Part shown: piece by piece, positions 63,248 to 64,000 of the stretch
Layout: every line of letters starts with the position of its first letter
Numbering within the stretch: the first letter of the stretch is position 1
Origin: Heptranchias perlo
Taxonomy: Eukaryota
Assembly: GCF_035084215.1 (NCBI RefSeq)
Contig: NC_090351.1
Location: 11,408,001 to 11,472,000 of the forward strand
Direction of reading: 5' to 3'
DNA: 64,000 nt
Notes under the pieces: model-generated
Seen by the model: only the letters and a program-made list of their open reading frames with translations
Told to the model about the DNA's origin: nothing
The model's database searches: none
Program-made: the position numbers and the translations under genes

Positions 63248-64000
63248 ATAGAGTATTTTGGTGAGGTTAGCTGTACAGACTTTCAAGACAGGCAGTTAAG
63301 ATTTCTGCAGGATTTAGAAAAATAGGGGCCAGTTTCCATCTACACCACTTGGGCGGATTAACTTCCATTGATTTCATTGGTTTCTATAACGGGCTATCTG
63401 GCCTGTCGGTTTACAATCGAGCAGTGAAAAAGACAGTTACCCCAATACAGCCAACCCAGCAAGCCACCAGAGCAAGGCACAAACACGTCGATGGCTCTAA
63501 TAATTCAATGCTGATTTTTTTTGTGCTGAAAAACATGTAAATTATTGAATAATTTGAAATGCGCGATGTAAGTAACAGCAAAGTGGGAATTTAGTGCTAA
63601 AAAAAAGAATTAAGTATCAAATAATTTGAATTAAGTGGTGGAGACTGTAATGGATCAAAGATTCAATGGTGGAAGCCAGTGGAGAAGCGAGATGGGATAA
63701 CCAAACAATCTGATGTTTGTTCTTTTCCTGGGGCTGGCTGTGGATCGAGCCAATGACCAGTAACATATTTAAGACTTTCCAGATTGACACTTCACACTGT
63801 GAGCTGGTAACATAATTCCAGGTGGGGCTTTTTTTTGTTTGAACTGAGAACTCACGGTACAAAGGGAATTAACGCAACAATTTGTATGGTGCCTTAAAGT
63901 GAAAAACGTCCCAAGGTACTTCAGGGAGGAGAGACAATAAATAAAATAGGTAAAGGAGAGAAAAAAGAAATTAAAAAGAGGAGTGAGTGAATTGTAAAGA

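Noticed and set aside
52000-64000. TSPO2 or UNC5CL exons expected from human synteny, including the exon-like segment at 62703-62900
   Set aside because: No recognisable translation found; there is a donor-like site but the frames checked contain stops.

Overview
Vertebrate genomic DNA, almost certainly a shark or other cartilaginous fish, judged from the abundant CR1/L2 LINEs, Deu-domain SINEs and Penelope-like repeats. There are two intact spliced genes in convergent orientation. OARD1/TARG1 is on the + strand with 5 coding exons (26970-32793, 162 aa) and a CpG-island promoter near 24.6 kb. APOBEC2 is on the - strand with 2 coding exons (51786-46698, 222 aa) and an intron just after the stop codon. 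The ORF track largely misses a decayed, intron-containing CATALASE pseudogene on the - strand. It has remnants equivalent to exons 5, 7, 8, 9 and probably 10 at canonical CAT exon boundaries (21183 to about 19) and lies head-to-head with OARD1, where human has NFYA. Other notable structures are Penelope-like repeats carrying minimal hammerhead-ribozyme motifs (including a 98-bp near-perfect hairpin with a 12-bp target-site duplication, TSD), a two-gene Harbinger transposon inserted into one such motif, a ~360-bp inverted duplication upstream of APOBEC2, and three minisatellites. All homology calls come from manual translation and recalled protein sequences; no database searches were run.
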